Shown here piece after piece: positions 1-12,170 of a DNA stretch of 64,000 bases. Below the pieces are notes generated by a model. The model searched no databases. It saw only the letters and a program-made list of their open reading frames with translations, and had not been told where the DNA came from. Positions within the stretch are counted from its first letter, which is position 1, and every line of letters starts with the position of its first letter. Source of the stretch: Mobula hypostoma (lineage: Eukaryota); contig NC_086118.1 of assembly GCF_963921235.1 (NCBI RefSeq), forward strand, positions 15,068,001 to 15,132,000. The letters are read 5' to 3'. Both the position numbers and the translations under genes were made by a program.

Positions 1-170
1 TAGCTAGCGTCCTTCCCTTCACCCCACCTTTTCATTCTGGCACCTTCCCCCTTTTAAGCCCAAAACATCGACTATCTATTCATTTCCATAGATGCTGCAG
101 GGATACATCCCATGCCCTCCACCTCTTCAATAACTTCCAGTTCCCCGGTCCCAACCGCTTCATCTTCACT

Positions 171-1520
171 ATGGATGTCCAATCCCTATACACCTCCATT
201 CCCCATGAAGAAGGCCTCAAAGCCCTCCACTACTTTCTGGATAATAGACCTCACCAGTTCCCCACCACCACTACCCTCCTCCGGCTGGCGGAACTGGTTC
301 TCACACTCAATAATTTCTCTTTTGGCTCTTTCCACTTTCTTCAGACCAAGGGTGTAGCTATGGGAACTCGTATGGGCCCTAGCTATGCCTGCCTCTTCGT
401 TGGTTATGTGGAACAGTCTGTGCTCCAAACCTATTCTGGTGCTGCTCCCCGACTTTTCCTTCGGTACATTGACGACTACATTGGTGCTGCTTCCTGCACC
501 CATGCTGAGCTCGTCAATCTCATCGACTTTACTTCTACTTCCACCCAGCCCTTAAAAATCACTTGGTCTATCTCAGACACTTTTCTCCCCTTTCTCGATC
601 TCTCGGTCTCCATCTCTGGAGACAGACTGGCCACTGACATCTTCTACAAGCCCACTGATTCTCATAACTACCTCAACTATACCTCTTCCCACCCCGCCAC
701 ATGCAAAAATGTCATTCCCTATTCCCAGTTCTTCCATCTCTGCCGCATCTGCTCCGAGGATGAGGTTTTCCGTTCCAGGACATCTCAAATGTCCTCTTTC
801 TTTAAGGATCGTGGTTTCCTTTCTGTTGTCATCAATGATGCCCTCACCCGCATCTCCTCCATTTCCCGCACTTCAGCCCTCACCCCATCCTCCCGCCACC
901 ACAACAGGGACAGAGTTCCCCTTGTCCTCACCTGCCACCCCACTAGCCTCCGGATCCAACACATTATCCTCCGCAACTTCTGCCACCTTCAACAGGACCC
1001 CACCACTAAGCACATCTTTCCCTCTCCACCCCTCTCCGCCTTCCACAGGGATCGGTCCCTCCGCGACTCCCTGGTCCACACGTCCCTCCCCATGCATCTC
1101 CCACCCGGCACTTATCCCTGTAAGCGCAAGTGCTACACCTGTCCCTACACCTCCTCTCTTGCCACCATTCAGGGCCCCAAACAGTACTTCCAAGTGAGGC
1201 AACAATTCACTTGTGAGTCTGTTGGGGTCATCTATTGCATCCGGTGCTCCCGGTGCGGCCTCCTCTACATCGGTGAAACCCGACGCAGTTTGGGGGACCA
1301 CTTCGTCGAGAACCTCCACTCCGTCCGCCACAACAGACAGGATCTCCCAGTAGCCACCCACTTCAACTCTGCTTCCCACTCCCATTCAGATATGTCCATA
1401 CATGGCCTCCTCTACTGCCATGATGAGGCTAAACTCAGGTTGGAGGAGCAACACCTCATATACCATCTAGGTAGTCTGCAGCCCCTTGGTATGAACATAG
1501 AATTCTCCAACTTCTGGTAA
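171..1520 (+). CDS. PLE reverse transcriptase + GIY-YIG endonuclease (N-terminally truncated; frame reads open from about 102)
   Basis: RT motifs MDVQSLYTSIP, QTKGVAMG...GPSYA, RYIDD, FLDL, YKPTD. Cys-rich linker CKRKCYTC. GIY-YIG domain VIYCIRCSRCGLLYIGETRR...EQHLI...GMN. Confidence 0.9.
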   Translation: MDVQSLYTSIPHEEGLKALHYFLDNRPHQFPTTTTLLRLAELVLTLNNFSFGSFHFLQTKGVAMGTRMGPSYACLFVGYVEQSVLQTYSGAAPRLFLRYIDDYIGAASCTHAELVNLIDFTSTSTQPLKITWSISDTFLPFLDLSVSISGDRLATDIFYKPTDSHNYLNYTSSHPATCKNVIPYSQFFHLCRICSEDEVFRSRTSQMSSFFKDRGFLSVVINDALTRISSISRTSALTPSSRHHNRDRVPLVLTCHPTSLRIQHIILRNFCHLQQDPTTKHIFPSPPLSAFHRDRSLRDSLVHTSLPMHLPPGTYPCKRKCYTCPYTSSLATIQGPKQYFQVRQQFTCESVGVIYCIRCSRCGLLYIGETRRSLGDHFVENLHSVRHNRQDLPVATHFNSASHSHSDMSIHGLLYCHDEAKLRLEEQHLIYHLGSLQPLGMNIEFSNFW

Positions 1521-1772
1521 TTCCCTCTCCCTCCCTTCCCCTATCCCTATGTCACTCTGCCCCCTCCCCCAGCTGACTGCCACCTCCCTCTTGGTTCCGC
1601 CTCCTTCTACTACCATTTCTTGTATCCTTTCTTCGCTTTTCCTGCCTGTCGCCTCCCTGCTTCAATTCCCCTGCCCCTTTGTCTTTTCCCTTGCTGGTTT
1701 TTCACCTGGAACCTACCATCCTTCCCGCCCTCCCCCCACCTTCTTTATAGGGCCTCTGCCCCTTCCCCCTAC

Positions 1773-1807
1773 AGTCCTGACGAAGGGTTCCGGCCCAAAA
1801 CATCGAC
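1773..1807 (+). ncRNA. Degenerate type-I hammerhead ribozyme motif in PLE pLTR
   Basis: AGTC-CTGACGA-AGGGTTCCGGCCC-AAAAC-ATC-GAC. GAAA is changed to AAAA and GTC to ATC, both CpG-type transitions. Confidence 0.7.
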
Positions 1808-2029
1808 CAATCTTTTCCACAGATGCTGCCCGACCTGCTGAGTTCCTCCAGCGTGTTGTGAGTGTTGCTTTGATCTGCTCCAGCATTTGCTTTGAGGTAA
1901 AATAATCCCATTGTTGTTCTATGTAGACATTTCGTTGAACAAGCATTTGGACAAATCACAAGGCAAGTTTTCTGTACCTTCTCCATGAAACATTTCAGTG
2001 ATGGTTTAGGATAGTCATACAAGTTCTTG

Positions 2030-2271
2030 GGCACGTAGCCAAGTGGTTAAGGCATTCGATTAGCGATCACACATTGCTCTGCGACGACACTGGTGCCAAG
2101 CTGTATGGGTCCTAATGCCTTTCCCTTAGACAACATCAGTGGCGTGGAGAGGGGACACTTGCAGCATGGGCAACTGCCTGTCTTCCATACAACGTTGCCC
2201 AGGCCTGTGCGCTGAAGTGTGAAGACTTTCCAGGCGCAGATCCATGGTCTCGCAAGACTAACGGATGCCTT
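2030..2271 (+). mobile_element. tRNA-derived SINE, internally deleted copy (same family as 52165-52466)
   Basis: A-box-like TAGCCAAGTGG; body matches the 52165 copy; 12-bp TSD TACAAGTTCTTG at 2018-2029 and 2272-2283. Confidence 0.85.
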
Positions 2272-2739
2272 TACAAGTTCTTGAGTGAAACGTCCATATT
2301 CCCCTTTGTTCTCTGCCAAAGGACGTTGTTTTCTTTTATATTTCTCCTTTCCCTGAATTATTGAAAACCAGTCACATGTTTGTTTAACCATGGGAAGCAC
2401 TTCTGCTCCTCTCTAAAATATGTACAAATAGATTTCCCTTCATAGACCACTGCAGAATGATCAGTGGGAATTCATCTGATTTTCTACCATTGTTTGAGGC
2501 CAGTCATAAGACAGCAATTCTACTTTGACCCAGACTGCTGAGCTCTGCATGAAGCCTGAAACCTTTCTAGTCAGTATTGATCCCTGAGCAGGATTTTCCG
2601 CTCAGGCACAAAAGTGACAAAACAACGTGAAAAGTAAACTGTACAGAATGCTTTCAAAATGAATTCATGGTTCACAGAACAAAAGATTTCCTTGATGCAG
2701 CAAGAAAGGTGAACATCTCAGGAAGGGTAAGGCGAGAAA

Positions 2740-4275
2740 ACACACAATGGTCCTCAGAGGGACCAGAAATGGAAAGAGTGAGCAATTTCAAGTTCCTGGG
2801 TGTCAATATTTGAGGATCTAACTTGGGCCCAACATATCGATGCAGTTACAGCAGCTATATTTCATTCAGAGTTTGAGGAGATTTAGTGTGTCATCAAAGA
2901 CACTCGCAAATTTCTACAGTTGTACAGTGGAGAGCATCCTAACCAGCTGCATCAGTTTCTGGCATGGGGGCGGGGTAATGCACGGGATTGAAATAAGCTG
3001 CAGACAGTTGTAAAGTTGTAAACTCAGAATCTCCATCATGGGCACTAGCTTCTGTAGGGTCCAGTACATCTTCAAAGAGTGATGCCTCAAAAATGCGGCA
3101 TCCATCAGTAAGGACCCCGATCACCCAGGACGTGTCCCTTCTCATTGCCGCCATCAGGGAGGAGAAACAGAAGCCTGAAGGCACACACTCAGCAATTCAC
3201 GGACAGCTTCTTCCTGTCTGCATCTGATTTCTGAATGGGCATCGAACCCATGACAATACCTAACTACTTTTTTTGTTTCTATTTTTGCACTACTTATTCA
3301 GCGTAACTATTTAATATATATATTGACTGTAATTCAGTTTTTATTCTATTATTATAGAAAATTAGAATACCTACAGCACAGTACAGGCCCTTCAGCCCAC
3401 AATGCTGGGCCGAACATGTACTTACTTTAGAAATTACTTTGGGTTACCCATAGCCCTCTATTTTTCTAAGCTCCATGTACCTGTCCAAGTGTCTCTTAAA
3501 AGACCCTATCGTATCTGCCTCCACCCCCATTGCTGGCAGCCCTTCCACTCGCCGCTCTCTGCAAAAAAAAACTTACCCCTGACATCTCCTCTGTACCTAC
3601 TTCCAAGCACCTTAAAACTGTGCCCTCTCGTGTTAGCTACTTCAGCCCTGGGAAAAAGCCTCTGACTATCCACACGATCAATGCCTCTCATCATCTTATA
3701 TGCCTCTATCAGGTCACCTCTCATCTTCCGCTGCTCCAAGGAGAAAAGGCTGAGTTCACTCAACCTATTCTCATAAGGCATGATCCCCAATCCAGGCAAT
3801 ATCCTTGTAAATCTCCTCTGCACCCTTTCTGTAGTTTCCACAACCTTCCTATAGTGAGGCGACCAGAACTGAGCGCAGTACTCCAAGTGGGGTCTGACCA
3901 GGGTCCTATAAAGCAGTAACATTACCTGTCGGCTCTTAAACATAATCCCACGGTTGATGAAGGCCAATGTATGCCTTTTAACCACACAGTAAACCTGAGC
4001 AGCAGCTTTGAGCATCCTATGGACTCAGACCCCAAGATCCCTCTGATCCTCCACACTGCCAAGAGTCTTACCATTAATACTATATTCTGCCATCATATTT
4101 GACCTACCAAAATGAACCACCTCACACTTATCTGTGTTGAACTCCATCTGCCACTTCTCAGCCCAGTTTTGCATCCTATCGATATGCAATATTATGTAAC
4201 GCGTTGCACTGCTGTTGCAAAGGCTATAAATTTCACAACATATGCTGGTGATCTTTTGATTCCACTTCTGATTCC
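2740..4275 (+). mobile_element. Rex/Babar-type LINE 3' fragment, split by a CR1 insertion
   Basis: Decayed SNFKFLGVNI / FYSCTVESIL coding resembles 18090-18300. The 3' UTR resumes at about 4183 after the CR1 and ends in a TTCTGATT-type tail. Confidence 0.7.
3355..4183 (-). mobile_element. CR1 LINE 3' fragment
   Basis: ORF 3506-4015 reads LYRTLVRPHLEYCAQFWSP...VQRRFTR...RGDLIE...TRGH, the typical CR1 ORF2 C-terminus; CR1 tail GGGCTGAAGGGCCTG. Confidence 0.9.
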
Positions 4276-5129
4276 TTTTGTTCCTCTCAGGAACTCAAGG
4301 CATCCCAAGGTGCTTTATGGCCAACAAAGTCTATTCTTTTCTCACCTATACTGCAATACCACACTGGCATAGACCAGGTATGCTAAGGCATTGCACTTCA
4401 GGAGAGACAAATTCATAGCAGTTATCACAAATGTAAATACTCATCTACCTGACAGTGTTTTCCAGAGTTCAAGTGCTGTCACTTAAGTTTAATCAAGAAA
4501 CTGCCTTCATCAACTATCTCCCTCCTCCAAAATGAATTCATTAAAGCACAACAAAATCCAAATGATTGGCATAAGAATGATATAACTCACAGACATTACC
4601 ACATGGTTTCTGCATATGTAGCCGACTGGTCAAGTGTTACAGCATGCTGAAGAAACAAGTGCATCACTATAAAGTAATCATTGTGTTCACTTCTGTTGAT
4701 ATACACACTCTAGTACTTAAAGTATCATATTTCGTCAATGTAATAACGGGGTCTTGTTGACTGAAGACTCCCAACAGCTCACCAAATGTTGATATTTGAA
4801 ATCCTTGTAGAGACTACTTTTCGATCATCATTCACAACCCAGAGTTTGGGCCAATACCATTGAGCAAGGGGTTTGTGGAGCCCAAGTTGAGAACCTCTAA
4901 CCCAGATGGACAGTCTTACTCAAATTTCTTTATTCTGGAGATATTTCTTTGTGGATCATAAAATACAATGATAAATTGTATCCATAGTTTGGGATTTTGA
5001 TTTTAGGAAATCAGTTACTTGTGTTTAAGGTATATTTAAAGTTTCACCTAAACTTTTCTAAAAATCAATTCAAGATTGGAACACTATTAATTGCAAATCA
5101 GAAATGATATCTTCTCTTCACTGACTATA

Positions 5130-6200
5130 TCAACAGCAGCCTAGTCCATGTTCTACTCTCTCTACACCCATGGTTGTGTGGGAAGGCACAACTTGAATGT
5201 TATCCATAAATTTGCCAATGACGCAGCTGTTGATGTCTGAACCTGAAATGGTGATGAAGAGGGGTATAGGAGTGAGGTAGATCAGCTGGTTGAGTGGTGT
5301 CACAACAACTTTGTACTCAACGTCAGTAAGACCAAGGGATTGATTGTGGACTCCTGGCAGGGGAAGTTGAGGGTATATACACCTGCCCTCATCAAGGAAT
5401 CAGCAATGGAAAAGGTGAACAGTTTCAAGCTACTGGATGTCAACTTCTCTGAAGACCTATCCTGGGCCTACCGTATTGATGCAATTACAAACTACAGTGG
5501 CTATATTTAATTTAGAGTTTGAGAAATTTGGTATGTCACCAAAGACTCAAGGAAATTTTTACAGATGTAGTGCGGAGAGGATTCTAACTGGCTGCATCAC
5601 TGTCTAGTATGGAGGAGCCACTGCTCAGAACTGGAAAAAGCTGGAAGTTACAAGCTTAGCCAGCTCCATCATTGGCACTAATCTCACCAACATTGAGTAC
5701 CTTTTCAAAAGGCGATGCCTCAAAAACCAGCATCCATTACTGAGGGCTCCCATCACTCAAGACTTGCTATCTTATTACTACCACCAAAGAGGCAATAGTG
5801 GAACCTGAAGTGATGCACTCAACATTTCAGGGCAGGGGTTCTCAACCTTTGAACCCCAGATTGCCCCTGTTTTAGGGCAACACAATACTGGAGGAAGTCA
5901 GTAGGTCCAGCAGCATCCATGGAAATGAATAAACAGGCAATGTTTCAGGCCGAGACCATTCATCATGACATCCTCATCTTAACATTTTGGCTTCTCCCCC
6001 CCGCCGTCAGATTTTTGAATGGACAATGAACCAACTCATGAACAATACCTCACTACTTTTGCTCTCTTTCTGCACTACTTATTTTTTTTTATATATTTCT
6101 TAGTTTAATTTATTGTTTTTATTTATTGACCACTGCTGCCACGAAACAACAAATTTCATGACACACATGTCAGTGGTAATACACCTGTTTCTGACATTAA
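5130..6200 (+). mobile_element. Decayed Rex/Babar-type LINE 3' part, interrupted by a PLE pLTR fragment (about 5876-5975, minus)
   Basis: Degenerate YSLYTH / KFANDA / LNVSKTK coding and a Rex-type 3' UTR; the inserted segment matches the reverse pLTR. Confidence 0.7.
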
Positions 6201-7509
6201 ATCTAATTCTGATAGTTCAAAAATTTGAGAACTACATTTGACAATTTGATCTGCTGTAAATAATGTTTAAAATACAATAATATAAATAAAACAATATTTA
6301 TATTTAGTAAAATATAAAAAACAAAATATAAACAGACTTCAAAAGCTGCACATTTAAAACAACCGTCAAGCTCTACCAAGCCTAACTTTATTAGATAAAC
6401 AAAGCACACTGGTGCGTTAAGTTTACCCACCACCATTTTAACTCTTTCCAAAAATTAACCCGAAAACATGCCGATACTCCCCCTTTTTAATACTTTTGAT
6501 CGAGTCTCAGTCAAAGGAGAATTTCTCATGGGATACAATAATTATATGAAATATGAATCCCAGCGTTGAGAATTTTCTGTTGCCTTGTCCCATTTACCTC
6601 TGTTTTCTAATGCAAATATAGCTGTCTCAGTTTTGTATACCTTTGATAATGGTATCAATCAGATGTTGCACTGAAAATATAGTTTATCAATAATAGCCAT
6701 TTAATTAAAAATCAGGAAATATATAAAGAAGATTTATAAGAATGTTGAAAGGCCATTCTCATCAGGACAGATAAACAAATAAAGGCTCTTCGCTCCAAAA
6801 AAAAATCAATATTTTATGGCTGTTAGCAAGATGGGTTTTATTGTGTACTATTAAAAAAGGGGAAATAATCAGAGTGGTTAAGATCTGGAAGTCAGAAGTT
6901 AAGAACCTAGAGCTGAAAGTGACCTGTACTAACCTTGAACATAAAAGTGCTGAGGGTGTGGGTCCGTGAATTTAGTCCATTGATTGAAGATTTATTAATG
7001 TTGCATTACATGGATCAGTGTCAGATTTTACTTGAAATGTTCCTAATATGTTTTGGGACATTTAGTTACAACGAAATAGAGATTGTGGATTTGGTTGGAG
7101 GATCAGCATTCAAGACTTCTCTCTGAATTCTATCCTGCCTCCTGTTGTGAATGTGACAGGTGAATGTAATTTCAGGCTTGAAGCAGCATGGGCTGTTATA
7201 TGTCAACATGTACTGTTCCTTCACTTTCAATTTTCATATCTCCTTTTCTAAAAACTGATTGATGCCAAGGCATATTCCCACTTGACAGTGTCTCTCTCTA
7301 TACCTGACATGTGTTCACATAAATGTAAATACAATTTTTCCAAGTTATTCAAATGTGGAGGATCATGACCACAGCCGCCACACCCTATTCAACCTACTTG
7401 TCAACTGAAATTGTAATACCTGGATTTTACTTCAATGGTCACAATCAATACCAGGGATGGGATACTTCAGCTTTTTTAAAATCTGAGTCTAAGATCACAA
7501 AGGGTAGTA

Positions 7510-8345
7510 CACTCAGTGTCCACTTTATTAGATACATATGTACACATGCTCATTAATGCAAATATCTAATTGCCCAATCATGTGGCAGCAACTCATTGCA
7601 TAAAAGCAGGTAGACATAGTCAAAGATTCAGTTTTTGTTCAGACATCAGAATGGGAAGAAATGTGACCTAAATGACTTTGACTGTGGATTGATTGCTGGT
7701 GCCAGACAGGGTGGTTTGAGTATCCCAGAAACTGCTGAAACTCCGAGGATTTTCATGCACAACAGTTTTTTTTTGCATGTCGCACCAGACAGTCAGCCAT
7801 TCTTGTCTGGTGCGTGGTGTCAGGATTGGTCTCCTTTCAGATTAACCGGCTCACGGTATGAACGTTCCTGACTCGACCCTTTTTTTTACGAGGCCGAGTG
7901 GCTAGCTCAATGTTCAACCCCGCACAAATGGAAAGCGTGCTTGGGGGGGTGGCCCACCTTGGATCGAACTCAGGAGCCTTCTCTCTGGAGTCCAGCACTG
8001 ATGACATTGCACCACCAGCCAGCCAACAGTGTCTAGAGTTTACAGAAAAAAATTGTGGAAAAATAAACAAAAGCACCTAGTAAGTGGCAGTACCGTGGGT
8101 GAAAACGCCTTGTTAATAATAGAGGTCAGAGGAGAATAGCCAGGTTAGTTCAAGCTGACAGGAAAGTGACAGTAACTCAAATAAGCACATGTTAGTTACA
8201 ATATCGATATGCAGAAGAGCATCTCAGAATGCACAACACATTAAACCTTAAACTGGGTGGGTTACAGCAGCAGAAAACTATGAATATACACTCAGTGGCC
8301 ACTTTATTTGGTACAGGAGGTACCTAATAAAGTGGCTACTGGGTG
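7510..8345 (+). mobile_element. Tc1/mariner deletion derivative (interrupted by a SINE)
   Basis: TIRs CACTCAGTG(G/T)CCACTTTATTAG flanked by TA dinucleotides. Transposase N-terminal HTH remnant GKKCDLNDFDCGLIAGARQGGLSIPETA. Confidence 0.88.
7767..8024 (-). mobile_element. tRNA-derived SINE nested in the Tc1 element
   Basis: The minus strand starts GGCTGGCTGGTGGTGCAATG, has B-box GAGTTCGATCC and an A-rich tail; TSD AACAGT at 7761-7766 and 8025-8030. Confidence 0.8.
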
Positions 8346-10369
8346 TATATTACTATTACCAATACAGGCATCAGTTTACGTAGCATGGATCACTGGTCAC
8401 ATTTATGAATCCTTTTGAACCATCAGTGTTAATTAGTGGCTCATTCATCAGCTGCATCTCCAAAGGAGTTAACAGACCAAGCAATCATAAAATTAAGCAA
8501 CTAATCTGAGAGTGGAGCACAGTTTCAGTTCATCAAACCAGTGTTATTTTTCCCTCTTTCAATTGGCTGATGCTTTAACATTAGGCCATTGTTTTTATAG
8601 CTTCTATATTAACATACTGAAATAGCTTCTTTCAATGTTTTGCATGATGGCTACTCAATGAATACCCAGAACAACTTTGATGTAGTAAAATATTAAAGAG
8701 TTCAACTTGACCTCCAAGTCAACCAGCCGGAAATCTTGCAATTAATTTGCAATTTTCCCATAACTCTACTTTTCAGTGAGGTTAAACTCCTGCCTTTATC
8801 TACACAAATCACCATAATTGGCTAAATTCACTCTGGAACTGCAAGAAATATGATAGCTTTACTAAGAGCTGAGTCATATTGACCATTTCTCAGAGAACAT
8901 TTCTTTCCTTCACCGTGTAAAATGAACGTAGTGCAAGTCATTGTTATAAAATGCGTCGTTCCAGTTAGAATTTAACTCTATGATCGGGTGCTTCCAGCAA
9001 ATATTCCTCTGCAAATCACAACTATAAAATCTACTCTCCCCTGAGAGTGTCAGCTCATGAAATCAGCCTTTACCTGTGGGTACAAAGTTTTTTTCAATTA
9101 CAAAATTAGAAACATAAGCTAGAAAATAAGTATTTACTAGCTGAACAGGTAAGATTGATTCCCAAGATTGTACTTTAAATTTTGATGCACAGAGGTGTAG
9201 TTAAAAAAAACTAAAGAAAAAAGAATGACTAATTCGTTACTTATCTATTAAATAACCAATAACCTCACCATGAGCAAAGATCAATGTTGTTTAAAGTGGG
9301 AGTTTTGTCAAAAATACAATCAAAGGAAAAATCTCTTGGCATAACGTGAATGCTTCAATCAGTGTGTGAAGCTGACAAAACATTGGTGGTTGGTGAAGAA
9401 CTGCTAGCTGGCTCCATTTTCCACAGAGTATCATTCAGTTCACTCAAAGCTTACAATATGCATGTGCTTAAATCATTAATTATTAGTTTACAGTTTGGAG
9501 TGCCTAAAAAAAACACTCTAAAATAAATATTGTCTTTTTGGTGCACTGGGGACTAATAATAAATTATTATGCATGGCCATTTTCTAGAACTGATGTCTCC
9601 CTCGGAATCAAACACAATTTGGCAGAACCTGCCTGAGCTACACTTGAAGAGACTATAACTAATCTCATGTAAAAATAGAGGAATGATTTGAATTCCAATG
9701 TCATCCTCTGCAATTTCTGCAATGTTCAAAGTGCTTTAGAACTAATGATGTCCCTTTTAAGGTGTAATCACATTTAGGAAAGAGAGGAAAAAGACTTTTA
9801 AGCACAGTTATATTGGTTAGATAATTATGCTTTTTTTGGTTATGTATTAAGGTCACAGAAGTTAATTTCTCAATTTTTCCTGGAGATACTGCCAAGTCAC
9901 TGATTAACATCTCATTCAGAAAACAACACATTAACAGTACAGACAGTATCCTCTCACCACTGGGCAGAAAAAGTCCAGGATTTTTTTTTTGCATTAGGTT
10001 TAAAGTTAGAGTTAGTTGGGGCTACACCCAACCAACTCAGAGCAGGTTTAGTAGTATCGCATTCTGATGTATAGGTGAGCTTAACTGAGTTAGAATCATG
10101 ACGTACTTGGACAGAAATCCCAATTTTCTACTTAAATGTTTTATTCATCTCAGACTCAGTGCCTTTGCAGGTGAAGTACATGGAGACATTGGCAAAGACG
10201 TGGATATATACAACAACCAATTGAAATACACTGTTGCCATGACACAGGCTAAGGAAAACAGTAGAATGTGCTCATGGACCAATGAGAGCCACTCACATGC
10301 ATAATCTGTCTCTGTACTGGCTATCACTCCTGATCACAGTTGTTCAAATTCAGTGTGTACCCCTGAGAG

Positions 10370-11480
10370 TACACACATAAAAGTTGCTGGTGAACACAGC
10401 AGGCGAGGCAGCATCTCTAGGAAGAGGTACAGTCGATGTTTCGGGCCGAAACCCTTCGTCAGGACTAATTGAAAGAAGAGCTAGTAAGAGATTTGAAAGT
10501 GGGAGGGGGAGGGAGAGATCCAAAATGGTAGGAGAAGACAGGAGGGGGAGGGATGGAGCCAAGAGCTGGACAGGTGATTGGCAAAAGGGATATGAGAGGA
10601 TCATGGGACAGGAGGTGTAGGGAGAAAGAAAGGGGGGGGAGAAAGCCAGAGGATGGGCAAGGGGTATAGTGAGAGGGACAGAGGGAGAAAAAGGAGAGAG
10701 AGAAAAAGAATGTGTGTATGTAAATAAATAAATAACGGAAGGGGTACGAGGGGGAGGTGGGGCATTAGCGGAAGCTTGAGAAGTCAATATTCATGCCATC
10801 AGGTTGGAGGCTACCCAGACGGAATATAAGGTGTTGTTCCTCCAACCTGAGTGTGGCTTCATCTTTACAGTAGAGGAGGCCGTGGACAGACATATCAGAA
10901 TGGGAATGGGATGTGGAATTAAAATGTGTGGCCACTGGGAGATCCTGCTTTCTCTGGTGGACAGAGCGTAGGTGTTCAGCGAAACAATCTCCCAGTCTGC
11001 GTCGGGTCTTGCCAATATATAGAAGGCCGCATCGGGAGCACCGGACGCAGTATATCACCCCAGCTGACTCACAGATGAAGTGTCACCTCACCTGGAGGAC
11101 TGTCTGGGGCCCTGAATGGTGGTGAGGGAGGAAGTGTAGGGGCTTGCGTAGCACTTGTTCCGCTTACAAGGATAAGTGCCAGGAGGGAGATCAGTGGGGA
11201 GGGATGGGGGGGACAAATGGACAAGGGAGTCGCGTAGGGAGCGATCCCTGTGGAAAGCAGGGGGGGGGAGGGAAAGATGTGCTTAGTGGTGGGATCCCGT
11301 TGGGGGTGGCGGAAGTTACGGAGAATAATATGTTGGACCCGGAGGCTGGTGGGGTGGTAGGTGAGGACCAGGGGAACCCTATTCCTAGTGGGGTGGCGGG
11401 AGGATGGAGTGAGAGCAGATGTGCGTGAAATGGGGGAGATGCGTTTGAGAGCAGGGTTGATGGTGGAGGAAGGGAAGCCC
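10370..11480 (-). mobile_element. Penelope-like element 3' fragment (frameshifted GIY-YIG region + pLTR)
   Basis: ORF 10765-11058 IYCVRCSRCGLLYIGKTRRRLGD...LEEQHLIFRLG is closely similar to the C-terminus of 171-1520; pLTR at 10370-10480. Confidence 0.92.
10431..10466 (-). ncRNA. Type-I hammerhead ribozyme motif, near-intact
   Basis: Minus strand AGTC-CTGACGA-AGGGTTTCGGCCC-GAAAC-ATC-GACT. Stems I and II and the core are intact; the triplet is AUC rather than GUC. Confidence 0.8.
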
Positions 11481-12067
11481 CAATGAACTCATGAACACTT
11501 CTCTCCCTCTTTTTTGCACTACCTATTTATTCTTTTACGTATACTTCTTATTCCAATTTATAGTTTTTATTACTCCTGTATATACTGCTGCCACAAAACA
11601 AGAGATTTCACTGTATACCGGTGATATTACACCTGATTTTGATTCTGCTTGATGCTGCCACAAAGTGCCCAGAAGTAATAAGGCACCCTTCACTCCTGCA
11701 CTAAAGTCCTTTTGTTTGACAGTCACCTAAGAAAAACTAAATTCCAACTATACTTTACTAGGTAGTAGTTAAATTGTTTCAGTTTAACCCTCTGCTAGCA
11801 TGCATCATTGCCTAATGACTGTATTTAAAGACTTCTTTCATCTTGATGAATGTTCTGACGAAAGATCTCCGACCTGAAACATTAGGTTTCTTTCTCCCTA
11901 GAAATAAACTCCCAAACCTGCTGAGTACTTCCAGGACCTTCTCATCCCCCATTCCAGTATCTTCTTGCACCACACTGAATTTGCTTCCCGTGTTAGTGTT
12001 TTGACTTTTTCAAATCATTATTTCTGAAGAAATATGTAGACTGAAATAAATTAAGTGATACATAGGT

Positions 12068-12170
12068 AACAACACAAGAAAATCTGCAGATACTGGAAAT
12101 CTTAAGCAACACACACAAAACATACTGCCTGGCCGGCTGAGTTCCTCCAGCATTTTGTGTGTTTTGCAAT
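12068..12170. mobile_element. Short fold-back derivative of the PLE pLTR end
   Basis: Reverse pLTR end (AATCTGCAGATACTGGAAATC...ACACACAAAA) joined to a forward pLTR part (GCTGAGTTCCTCCAGCATTTTGTGTGT); AGGTAA lies on both sides. Confidence 0.65.

Larger units (their letters stand above)
101..1890 (+). mobile_element. Penelope-like element (probably Neptune-type), 5'-truncated, with 3' terminal repeat (pLTR)
   Basis: RT + GIY-YIG ORF, then a pyrimidine-rich 3' region and the repeat AGTCCTGACGAAGGG...GATGCTGCCCGACCTGCTGAGTTCCTCCAGC that recurs across the window. A remnant of the same repeat lies upstream at about 58-98. Confidence 0.92.

Noticed and set aside
709..1385. Alternative-frame and antisense ORFs over the PLE
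   Set aside because: Low-complexity Pro/Ser- or Gly/Val-rich shadows of the C-rich PLE ORF.
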